Made by a program: the position numbers and the translations under genes. A DNA stretch of 64,000 bases from an uncultured Candidatus Rokubacteria bacterium (GTDB taxonomy: Bacteria > Methylomirabilota > Methylomirabilia > Rokubacteriales > DASRDR01): positions 96,001 through 160,000 of the forward strand of contig CAVPSB010000049.1 in NCBI GenBank assembly GCA_963708025.1, read 5' to 3'. Under the pieces are notes generated by a model. The model saw only the letters and a list, made by a program, of their open reading frames with translations. It did not search any database and was not told the origin of the DNA. Position 1 is the first letter of the stretch. Each line of letters opens with the position of its first letter. Below, piece by piece: positions 49,129-57,099 of the stretch.

Positions 49129-49428
49129 TCAGGCTTCCGTCACCGTGACCTGGAGCCCGATCTCGGCCAGGATCCGCGCCACCCGCTCGCACTCCGGGCG
49201 GGGACCTACCCGGACCGCGGCCTTGCCCTCGTTGTGGACCCGCCACGCGATGGCCATGCCCTCGTCGTGGGAGCAGCCGATCGCCTTCACGCACTGCGAG
49301 GCGACCTGCTCGAAGGTGTGGCAGTCGCAGTTCCAGAGGAGCGTGATCCAGGGCGGGGGCACCGCCGTCTGCTGGTCGGTCTCCTCCACCACCACCGGGC
49401 GGGTCACCGTCCGCTCCGGCACGGTCAC
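49129..49428 (-). CDS. clpS: ATP-dependent Clp protease adaptor ClpS-like protein
   Basis: LLWNCDCHTFEQV...VHNEGKAAV...GL; GTG start overlaps the upstream TGA. Confidence 0.85.
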   Translation of the reverse strand: MTVPERTVTRPVVVEETDQQTAVPPPWITLLWNCDCHTFEQVASQCVKAIGCSHDEGMAIAWRVHNEGKAAVRVGPRPECERVARILAEIGLQVTVTEA

Positions 49429-50453
49429 CCGCCGGCCCCTCCGGGAAAGACCGCCACCTTGATCGCCTCCGGTCGCCGGTGAGTCTCGAGCGCTTCCTCG
49501 ATGGCCTCCAGGGGAAAGCGATGCGTGAGGAGCGGGGTCACGTCGACGGCACCCCGGGCCAGCAGCGCGAGCGCCTCGGCGAACTCTCCCTGGTAGATCA
49601 TCGAGCCCCGGACGTCGATCTCGCGGCGAACGAGCCAGAAGACCTCGACCCGGGCCGGCTCGTGCGGGAGCCCGGTCAACACGACCCGGCCGCCCGGCCG
49701 GACGAATCCCACCGCGCCCAGCGTGAACTCGACGGCCGCCGCCGTCCCCGCGGTCTCGACGACCAGGTCGACGCCGTCCCGGCCCGACAGCGCGCGGGCG
49801 GCGGCCACCGCGTCGCCGGCCCCGAGCGCCACCGTCGCTTCCGCCCCCAGGGCGCGGGCCAGGGACAGCCGGCGGTCGCTCCGGCTGACGACGAGGACCC
49901 GGCAGCCCCGCGACCTGAGAACCTGGAGGGCGAGCAGCCCGAGGGTGCCGGCGCCGACGACCGCCGCGGTCTCGCCGGCCCGCGGGGCCGCCCGTCCAAC
50001 CGCGCGGACGACGACGGCCAGCGGCTCGGTGAGGAGCAGGCGGTCCTCGTCCAGACCGGCCGGCGCCGGCCAGCAGGCGCGCTCGGGGAGCGCGACCAGC
50101 TCGGCGAAGCCGCCGTCGCGGTCGATGCCGACGGCCGTCCGCTGGAGGCACACGTTCCCCTGCCCGTCCCGGCAGAGATCGCAGCTCCCGCACCCCCAGT
50201 TCGGCTCCACCGCGACCCGGTCGCCGGCCCGGATGCCACGAACGCCCGCCCCCACCCCGACCACCTCGCCGACGAACTCGTGGCCCGGCGTCAGTGGGTA
50301 CCGGACCGCTCGGTCGCCGGTCCAGATGCGGAAGTCGGTGCCGCAGATCCCCGCCGCGCTCACGCGCACCAGGGCCTCGCCCGGCCCGGGAGCCGGCGGC
50401 TCGACCTGCTCGACGCGGAGCGTCCGTGGCGCGCGCAGGACCGCGGCCCTCAT
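49425..50453 (-). CDS. Zinc-dependent alcohol dehydrogenase (MDR family)
   Basis: GICGTD, GHE, CGSCDLC...C and GAGTLG. Confidence 0.92.
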   Translation of the reverse strand: MRAAVLRAPRTLRVEQVEPPAPGPGEALVRVSAAGICGTDFRIWTGDRAVRYPLTPGHEFVGEVVGVGAGVRGIRAGDRVAVEPNWGCGSCDLCRDGQGNVCLQRTAVGIDRDGGFAELVALPERACWPAPAGLDEDRLLLTEPLAVVVRAVGRAAPRAGETAAVVGAGTLGLLALQVLRSRGCRVLVVSRSDRRLSLARALGAEATVALGAGDAVAAARALSGRDGVDLVVETAGTAAAVEFTLGAVGFVRPGGRVVLTGLPHEPARVEVFWLVRREIDVRGSMIYQGEFAEALALLARGAVDVTPLLTHRFPLEAIEEALETHRRPEAIKVAVFPGGAGG

Positions 50454-50463
50454 GGTGTCGGGC

Positions 50464-50598
50464 TCACTTTCGGGACCTCCCGCCTACCCGATCCTTCGAC
50501 GGCCTTCGGCCTTTGGCCCCCGTCCCCCACCCGTTGGACGGCCTTCGGCCTGTGGCGGGGGGGAGGGGGGTCGGAGGGACCGATCGCTTCACACGCTC
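50464..50598 (-). repeat. Repeat family A variant with two nested 18-bp modules
   Basis: Family A ends; ACGGCCTTCGGCCT(T/G)TGG at 50499 and 50538. Confidence 0.85.
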
Positions 50599-51366
50599 TC
50601 ACCCGGCCAGCTGGCCTCCGTCGATGAAGATGGTCTCGCCGGTCATGAAGTCGGAGGCGGGCGAGGCCAGGTAGACCACGAGCGGGCCCAGCTCTTCGGG
50701 CCGCCCGGTGCGCCGGGCGGGGACCTCGCGGAGGAGGCGCTCGCGGGTCTTCTCGTCGGCGAAGGCGTGGGCGTTCATCGGGGTCACGAACCAGCCCGGC
50801 GCGATGGCGTTCACCTGGATGTTGTGGCGGGCCCACTCGACGGCCAGCGTCCGCGTCAGCGCGATCAGGCCGCCCTTGGACGCGCTGTAGGCGGTGTAGC
50901 CGGCCAGCCCGTGGGCGCCGAGCACGGAGGCGATGTTGATCACCTTGCCGCTCCGCCGGGCAATCATGGCCCGCCCGGCCGCCCGGCACAGCGCGAACAC
51001 GCCGGTCAGGTTCGTGTCGAGGACGACCCGCCATTCCTCGAGCGTCGTCTCCACCAGCGGCTTGACCACCGCGGTGCCGGAGTTGTTGACGAGCACGTCG
51101 ATCCTCCCGAGCGCGTCGAGGATGTCTCCCACCGCCCCCTCGATCTCGGCGGGGACCGCGATGTCGGCTGGCCGCACCAGGACCGAGCGCCCGAGGTCCT
51201 TCGCGGCGGCGGCGGTCTCCTCGAGATCGCCGCGCGATCGGGCTAGCAGCGCGAGGTCGGCTCCCGCCTCGGCCAGGGCCAGCGCCATCGCCCGGCCGAG
51301 CCCGCGGCTGGCCCCGGTCACCAGGGCGACCCGGCCATCGAGCCGGAGCTGATCGAAGACCCCCAC
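50599..51366 (-). CDS. SDR oxidoreductase (KduD/gluconate 5-dehydrogenase-like)
   Basis: TGASRGLG, NNSG, YSASK and NAIAPG. Confidence 0.9.
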   Translation of the reverse strand: MGVFDQLRLDGRVALVTGASRGLGRAMALALAEAGADLALLARSRGDLEETAAAAKDLGRSVLVRPADIAVPAEIEGAVGDILDALGRIDVLVNNSGTAVVKPLVETTLEEWRVVLDTNLTGVFALCRAAGRAMIARRSGKVINIASVLGAHGLAGYTAYSASKGGLIALTRTLAVEWARHNIQVNAIAPGWFVTPMNAHAFADEKTRERLLREVPARRTGRPEELGPLVVYLASPASDFMTGETIFIDGGQLAG

Positions 51367-51429
51367 GGTTTCCGCCTAGGCTCCCTGAACCGCCAAAGTG
51401 ACTGAAGACGAGTCGAGTTCTCGGCAGGG

Positions 51430-51575
51430 CCGAGGAGCGAGCAGCGCCCACAGGCCGAAGGCCGTCCGAAGAACGCAGGGAGTCGCCGACCGCAGGCGTA
51501 CTCCTAGTACGCCGAGGATCGGCGACGACCCCAAAGGCCGAAGGCCGTCCGAACGACGACGCGATGCGACGCTCA
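51430..51575. repeat. Repeat family C with two nested 18-bp modules
   Basis: Aligns to 11655-11785 apart from inserts at 51448-51465 and 51531-51548. Confidence 0.78.
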
Positions 51576-51587
51576 TCGGCCCTGCCG

Positions 51588-53417
51588 CTAGCTCTGATAC
51601 AGAGACTCGATGAGATCCGTGTAGTTCGCGCTGACCACCTTCCGCTTCACCTTCAGTGTCGGGGTCAGCTCCCCGCTCTCCGTCGTGAAGTCGGCCGGCA
51701 GCACCGCGAACCGCTTCAACCGCGCGTACGAGGCGAGCTTGTCGTTGACCTGATCCACGGTCCGGCGGATCCGCTCCACCACGGCCGGGTTGCGGGCCAT
51801 CTCGGCCAGCGGCTTGTCGCCGAGCCCGGCGTTCCGGGCGAACTTGCCCAACTCGTCGGGGTTCAGGGTGATCAGGGCGATCGGGTAGGGCCGGCGGTCC
51901 CCGTAGACCATCGCCTGGCTGACGAAGGGGTCACCCTTCAGGAGGTTCTCGATGTGCTGCGGGGCGACGTAGCTGCCCCCGGCCGTCTTGATCAAGTCCT
52001 TCTTCCGGTCGGTGATGCGGAGGAAGCCCTCGGCGTCGATCTCACCGATGTCGCCGGTGTGGAACCAGCCGTCGGCCTTGAAGACCTCGCCGGTCTCCTC
52101 GGGCCGGCGGTAGTACCCCTTCGCGATGTTCCCGCCCCGGGCCACGATCTCCCCGTCGTCGGCGATCCGGAGCTCGACCCCGGGGAAAGCCATCCCGACC
52201 GTGCCGAACTTATAGCGCCGCACCCGGTTGGCGGTGAGGATGGGACAGGTCTCGGTCAACCCGTACCCCTCCAGGATCAGGATCCCGACGGCGTGGAAGA
52301 ATTCGGCGATCTCGCGGGCCAGCGGGGCGCCGCCCGAGAAGCAGAAGCGGAGCCGGCCACCGAGCGCCGCGTGGAGCTTCGAGAACACGAGCTTGTGGGC
52401 GATGGCGTGCTGGGCGGTGAGCCCGAGCGGCAGCGGCCGGCCCTCCCGGGCGTGGCGGCTCACCTCGCGGCCGACGCCCAGCGCCCAGTAGAAGATCTTC
52501 TTCTTCAGCCCGGGGCCGGCCTCCACACCCGTCAGGACCTTGGCGTAGACCTTCTCGAAGACGCGCGGGACGCTGCAGATGAAATGGGGCCGGACCTCCT
52601 TCAGGTTCTCCGAGAGCTTCTCGAGGCTCTCGGCGAACGCCGTCACCAGCCCCTCGTGCACGCCGAGCAAGCTCTCGAAGCGGGCGAAGGAGTGGGCGAG
52701 GGGCAGGAAGAGGAGATGGACGTCGCCCTCGCCGACCTCGGTTACCTCCTCCGCCGCCCGGAGGGCGGCGAGGTGGTTGGCGTGGGTCTGGACGACGCCC
52801 TTGGGATGCCCGGTGGTGCCGGAGGTGTAGACGATCGTCGCGATGTCGTCCGGGGCGACCGCGGCGAGCCGTTCGGCCAGCGCGGGCTCGAGCTGCGTCC
52901 GTCCGGAGCGCCCGAGCGAGCGCAAGCCCGCCCAGTCCAGCAGTCGGAGCTTTCGTCCGCCAGCCGGGACCTCGGCTCCGGGCGCGTCGCCCTGGATCAC
53001 CACGATGGACTGCAGCCCCGGCATCTCCTTCGCCGCCTCGAGCGCCTTGGCGAGCTGGGCCGCGTCCTCCACGACGAGGGTCTTGGCCTCGGAGTCGTTC
53101 ACGATGAAGGCCAGGCCCTCGACGGGATAGCTCGGGTAGACGGGGATCGTGACCGCCCCGGCCGAGAAGATCGCGAAGTCCGCACGCACCCACTCCGCCC
53201 GCGTCTGGGAGAGCAGCGCGACCCGGTCGCCCCGCTGCCGGCCGAGGGCGAGCAGCCCCAGGGCCAGCTCGCGGACTTCGTCACCCAGCTCACGCCAGGA
53301 AACCTCCTTCCAGCCGCCACCGACCTTGACCATCTGGGCCGGCCGGTCCGCGTGCCGCTCGACCCGCTCCCAGAACATCCGCGCGAGCGTCTCCTGAGCC
53401 ACGGCATCCCTCCTCAT
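51588..53417 (-). CDS. Long-chain-fatty-acid--CoA ligase (FadD15-like); start may be GTG 53402
   Basis: YTSGTTGHPKG, GYGLTE, WFHTGD and LTPTLKVKR. Confidence 0.93.
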   Translation of the reverse strand: MRRDAVAQETLARMFWERVERHADRPAQMVKVGGGWKEVSWRELGDEVRELALGLLALGRQRGDRVALLSQTRAEWVRADFAIFSAGAVTIPVYPSYPVEGLAFIVNDSEAKTLVVEDAAQLAKALEAAKEMPGLQSIVVIQGDAPGAEVPAGGRKLRLLDWAGLRSLGRSGRTQLEPALAERLAAVAPDDIATIVYTSGTTGHPKGVVQTHANHLAALRAAEEVTEVGEGDVHLLFLPLAHSFARFESLLGVHEGLVTAFAESLEKLSENLKEVRPHFICSVPRVFEKVYAKVLTGVEAGPGLKKKIFYWALGVGREVSRHAREGRPLPLGLTAQHAIAHKLVFSKLHAALGGRLRFCFSGGAPLAREIAEFFHAVGILILEGYGLTETCPILTANRVRRYKFGTVGMAFPGVELRIADDGEIVARGGNIAKGYYRRPEETGEVFKADGWFHTGDIGEIDAEGFLRITDRKKDLIKTAGGSYVAPQHIENLLKGDPFVSQAMVYGDRRPYPIALITLNPDELGKFARNAGLGDKPLAEMARNPAVVERIRRTVDQVNDKLASYARLKRFAVLPADFTTESGELTPTLKVKRKVVSANYTDLIESLYQS

Positions 53418-53494
53418 CCCATCACCCCGCAGCCGAGGTGATCATGTGTAACTAGCTGTACAGTCGTGACTAACCACCATACTAGCGCCTTGGA

Positions 53495-53546
53495 TAACGC
53501 ATCGCGTTAGAAATCGCTTGCCCGTCATGACGCACCGTGTTATCGT
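53495..53546 (+). promoter_or_regulatory. Palindrome TAACGC-N3-GCGTTA and putative phasin promoter
   Basis: Palindrome at 53495-53509; TTGCCC (53518-53523), 17-bp spacer, TG-extended TATCGT (53541-53546). Confidence 0.5.
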
Positions 53547-53641
53547 CCTCTGTGATGAAGCTCAGCGGTTCCCGATCCCGATCATCGGCGGCGTCCCGCC
53601 AGCCCGGCGGCGCGACCGCCCTCCACAGGAGGAGTCACCAG

Positions 53642-54118
53642 ATGGCCACCGCGAAGTCCCAGACCGAGACCCACGCCGACACCGCGTCCCAGCTGTTCAC
53701 CCAGATCCAGACCAAGGCGCTCGACGCATTTGCCGCGTTCGCCGAGACGAACCAGCGCGTCCTCCAGGGGTTCGTCGACCTCACCGTGTCGACCGCGAAG
53801 GAGAGCATGCGCGCCTACGCCGAGCTGCAGTCTGCCGCCGTCGAGACGGCGCGGGCGAACCAGCCGGTGGGCCCGACGGCGCCGACCTTCCCGACCGCCG
53901 AGGAGCTGCGGACCGATCCCTTCACCTGGTACCAGAAGGGCCTCCTCACCTCGATCGACGGGACCCAGAAGGCGTTCCGGCTCATGGAGGCCAACGCCCA
54001 GGTCGTGACCCGCAGCGCGGAGCGCCTCCAGGCGTCGGCCGAGCGGACCGGCAAGGAGATCCAGGAGGCCCTCACCTCCTACGTGAGCCGGATGAAGGAC
54101 CTCTACGCCCGCAACTAA
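53642..54118 (+). CDS. phaP: Putative phasin (PHA granule-associated protein)
   Basis: Strong RBS; Ala/Gln/Thr-rich amphipathic helical protein next to phaR; assignment mainly by context. Confidence 0.7.
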   Translation: MATAKSQTETHADTASQLFTQIQTKALDAFAAFAETNQRVLQGFVDLTVSTAKESMRAYAELQSAAVETARANQPVGPTAPTFPTAEELRTDPFTWYQKGLLTSIDGTQKAFRLMEANAQVVTRSAERLQASAERTGKEIQEALTSYVSRMKDLYARN

Positions 54119-54164
54119 CGGGCCGGGCCCCCAAAGGGTCCAAGACCCTTCGCCTGACTCGAGT

Positions 54165-54197
54165 CCTCGGAGGGGGCCGCCGAGGCCCCCTCCGAGG
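54165..54197. terminator. 14-bp-stem hairpin between convergent phasin and phaR (REP-like, possible terminator)
   Basis: CCTCGGAGGGGGCC-N5-GGCCCCCTCCGAGG. Confidence 0.6.
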
Positions 54198-54201
54198 GGT
54201 C

Positions 54202-54690
54202 TCAGCGCTGGGGTCGCGACTCGAGATCCCGCAGCTTGGCCTTGAGCGCGGCCACCTCGGCGCGCAGATCGTCCAGCTCGCTGGCCGCCGGCGTCTCCGG
54301 GGGCTGCGCCGACCCCGACCCTGCAGGCCACCATCCGGCCCGGCTCCCCCACTCCCGCAACACCCGCTCGGCCTCGCGCTGGCTGGCCACGATGCCGGAG
54401 AGGCTTGCTTGCAGCGACTGCTGCACGAACTCCTGCCACGTCTCCCCGTGCTTGATGAGCTGGTGCAGGAAGGAGGTCGGTAGCGCCGAGCGGCGCTCGC
54501 GCTGATTGTCCAGGATGATCTGGGCCAGCGTGAGCGCGGTGAGATCGTCCCCGGTCACTGCGTCCACCACCCGGATCTCCCGGCCCTGCCGGATGAGCTC
54601 CTCCAGCTCCTCCAGCGTCACGTAACGGCTGCGGCTCTGGTCGTAGAGCTTCCGGTTGGCGTAGCGCTTGATGAGGATTGGCTCGTCCAT
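54202..54690 (-). CDS. phaR: Polyhydroxyalkanoate synthesis regulator
   Basis: IKRYANRKLYD...YVTL...TGDDLTALTLAQII. Confidence 0.92.
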   Translation of the reverse strand: MDEPILIKRYANRKLYDQSRSRYVTLEELEELIRQGREIRVVDAVTGDDLTALTLAQIILDNQRERRSALPTSFLHQLIKHGETWQEFVQQSLQASLSGIVASQREAERVLREWGSRAGWWPAGSGSAQPPETPAASELDDLRAEVAALKAKLRDLESRPQR

Positions 54691-54830
54691 GCCTCGGTCG
54701 GCCCCCCCGGCCCGGAAGCCAAGTCTAACACCCCGCGTCATCGGGGCAAAGCGTCGGGCAAGCCGGGATGGCGCTGAGGCCCCGGGGCCGCGACGACCGA
54801 TCGGATGTCCGCCGAATTTGGGCGACGCCC

Positions 54831-54860
54831 GCCAATGCCTGCCAATGCCCGCCAATGCCC
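54831..54860. promoter_or_regulatory. Three tandem 10-bp GCCAATGCCY repeats in the phaR/phaB divergent region
   Basis: GCCAATGCCT GCCAATGCCC GCCAATGCCC; related motif cluster at 57039-57077. Confidence 0.6.
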
Positions 54861-54920
54861 GATTGATCCGCGGCCGAGGGCGTGCTATCAGGGAACATCC
54901 GCACCGAAGGAGGTCCCCCC

Positions 54921-55666
54921 ATGAAGCTGGAAGGCCGGAATGCTCTCGTCACGGGCGGCTCGCGCGGGATCGGTCGGGCCATCGCCCTCGAGCTGGCCCG
55001 GGAGGGGGCCGACGTCGTGGTCAACTATCTGGCGAGCGAGGGGGCGGCGCTGGAGGTCGTCCGGGAGATCGAGAAGCTGGGGCGCCGAGCCTTGGCCGTG
55101 CGGGCGGACGTGAGCGACTTCCCCGACACCTTCCGCATGGCCCAGGAGATCCTGGGCACCTTCGGGACCGTCAACATCCTCGTGAACAACGCCGGCATCA
55201 GCAGCGACAAGACCTTCGTCAAGATGGACCACGCCTCCTGGCGCAAGGTGCTCGCGATCAACCTCGACGGCGTCTTCAACTGCACCAAGGTCTTCGTGGA
55301 CTCCATGCTCAAGCGAACTACGGGCGGATCGTGAACATCACCTCGGTCATCGGTCAGATCGGCAACTTCGGCCAGGCGAACTACGCGGCGTCGAAGGCGG
55401 GAGTGAGCGCCATGACCAAGTCGCTGGCCAAGGAGCTGGCCGGCAAGGGCATCACCGTCAATGCCGTCGCCCCCGGCTTCATCGAGACCGAGATGGTGGA
55501 CTCGATCCCCGAGAAGGTGAAGCAGCGACTCCTGGACCAGATTCCCCTGCGCCGCTTCGGGAAGGCCGAAGAGGTGGCGCGGGCCGTGATCTACCTGGTC
55601 TCCTCCGACGGCGACTACATCACCGGCGAGGAGCTCTCGATGAACGGCGGCCTATTGATGAGGTGA
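54921..55666 (+). CDS. phaB: Acetoacetyl-CoA reductase; 1-bp deletion at about 55313
   Basis: TGGSRGIG and NNAGI..DKTF.KM, then GNFGQANYAASK and PGFIETEM in the next frame; PHA cluster context. Confidence 0.85.
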
Positions 55667-55777
55667 GACTCGGAAGACCCCCCCGATTCCCTCCCGCGGA
55701 GGCCGCGGCGAATCCGCGGCTCGTAGCGGAACGCCACGGCCGCGCGGCCAGCACCACAGGGTTGCGAGAAGCCGATG
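55667..55777 (+). repeat. Repeat family B, long form, abutting the phaB stop codon
   Basis: Reverse complement of the 49004-49128 type. Confidence 0.8.
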
Positions 55778-55851
55778 CGCGGCCGGAACTGCAGTCCCCG
55801 GGCATTCGTTCACGAGCGCTGACCGTCCCAGGGCCGTGCCCGTCGCCGTGG

Positions 55852-56430
55852 TCAGGAGCGGACGGGGCGGGGCTCCCACAGCTCGAGCATCTTCGTCGCG
55901 ACTGCCAGGCCGCTCGTCGCCCAGAACGACATCGCGTGGACGGCCAGCGCGACCGGCGTGCAGGCGACGCCACCCCAGCCCCGGGCGGGCTGCGGCTCGG
56001 CGTAGTCGATGTGCACCCGGGACGGCATCACCCAGGCCTCGCCCTCGACCACGATCTCGCCGGCCTGGTTGGCGCAGGCCGTCCGGAGCGCCACGCGGTT
56101 CCGCTCCCGCAGCACCTCGGTCACCTCCACGCGCGCCGTGATCGCGTCCCCGATGCGGACCGGGCGCAGGAACCGGAACGTCTGCGAGAGATAGATGGTG
56201 CCCGGGCCGGGCAGCCGCGTGCCGATTACCGCCGAGAGGAGCCCGCCGGTGAGGATGCCGGGCGCGATGACCTCGCCGAAGCGCGTCGTGGCGGCGAAGG
56301 CCGGGTCCGAATGGAGCGGGTTGTCGTCGCCGGTCGCCTCGACGAACTCGCGAATCGTCTCCGCCGTCACCGAGCGTGTCAGCTCGGCCGTGTCACCGAC
56401 CGCCAGCTCCTCGATCGTGCGTCCGGTCAT
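55852..56430 (-). CDS. phaJ: MaoC-family (R)-specific enoyl-CoA hydratase with C-terminal extension
   Basis: TGDDNPLH hydratase motif, LPGPG and FLRPVRIGD; coupled to phaE. Confidence 0.85.
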   Translation of the reverse strand: MTGRTIEELAVGDTAELTRSVTAETIREFVEATGDDNPLHSDPAFAATTRFGEVIAPGILTGGLLSAVIGTRLPGPGTIYLSQTFRFLRPVRIGDAITARVEVTEVLRERNRVALRTACANQAGEIVVEGEAWVMPSRVHIDYAEPQPARGWGGVACTPVALAVHAMSFWATSGLAVATKMLELWEPRPVRS

Positions 56431-57011
56431 GCTCCCTCCTTAGGTCCGGCGGCGCGCCGCTGGGCCGCCTCTTCGTGGTCGGTGACCGCGCGCAGCGTGG
56501 CCGTGATGAGCGCCTTCAGCTCGTCGAGACGATCCTCGACCCGCTCGATCCGCTCCTCGAGGTTCACCACCTGCGCAGCGATGCCGACGACCTGCCCGCG
56601 GGAGGGCAGACCGAGTGCCTTGAGCGCCACGTCGTTGTACTGCTCCATCGCCTTCTTCGCCGGTGCCTGGATCGACAGGAACTGATCCATGTAGCGACCC
56701 AGGGCCTGGGCGAACCCCTCGCTGGCCATCGCCTGGCCGAGCGCCCGGGACCAGACCTCGATCCACTGGTCCATGAAAGCCTTCCACTGCTGCATGAACT
56801 CGGGGCTCACCTTCCCCTGCGCCGCCGCCTGCTGCCAGACGTCCATGCCCTGGGTGAGGAGCGGTCGCCAGAACTGGCTGAAGTCGAAGGGCGGCGAGCT
56901 GGGCGGGGCCTGGGTCATGGGCCCCATTGCCTTGAGCCACGCCTGGGTCCCCTCCTCGAGAGAGCGGCGCCAGAGGTCGAACAGCTCCTGGGTCGCGCCT
57001 TGGGTCGCCAT
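56427..57011 (-). CDS. phaE: Class III PHA synthase subunit PhaE-like
   Basis: Trp/Gln-rich N-terminus, ALGLPSR motif and C-terminal coiled coil; adjacent to phaC. Confidence 0.8.
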   Translation of the reverse strand: MATQGATQELFDLWRRSLEEGTQAWLKAMGPMTQAPPSSPPFDFSQFWRPLLTQGMDVWQQAAAQGKVSPEFMQQWKAFMDQWIEVWSRALGQAMASEGFAQALGRYMDQFLSIQAPAKKAMEQYNDVALKALGLPSRGQVVGIAAQVVNLEERIERVEDRLDELKALITATLRAVTDHEEAAQRRAAGPKEGA

Positions 57012-57099
57012 ACGCCTGTCTCCCGTGTGCCCGATCAGAATGCAATGCCCATGCCCAATGCCCATGGGCATGGGCATACCGGGCCGCCGCAACCGGCCG

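Noticed and set aside
2356-55313. Frameshifts in the binding protein (about 2356), truA (about 4617), leuB (about 5913), the aldolase (about 14235) and phaB (about 55313) as pseudogenes or programmed frameshifts
   Set aside because: Each is a single-base indel, mostly in a short homopolymer, with intact coding sequence on both sides and no slippery heptamer. Sequencing or consensus error is most likely; read mapping would confirm.
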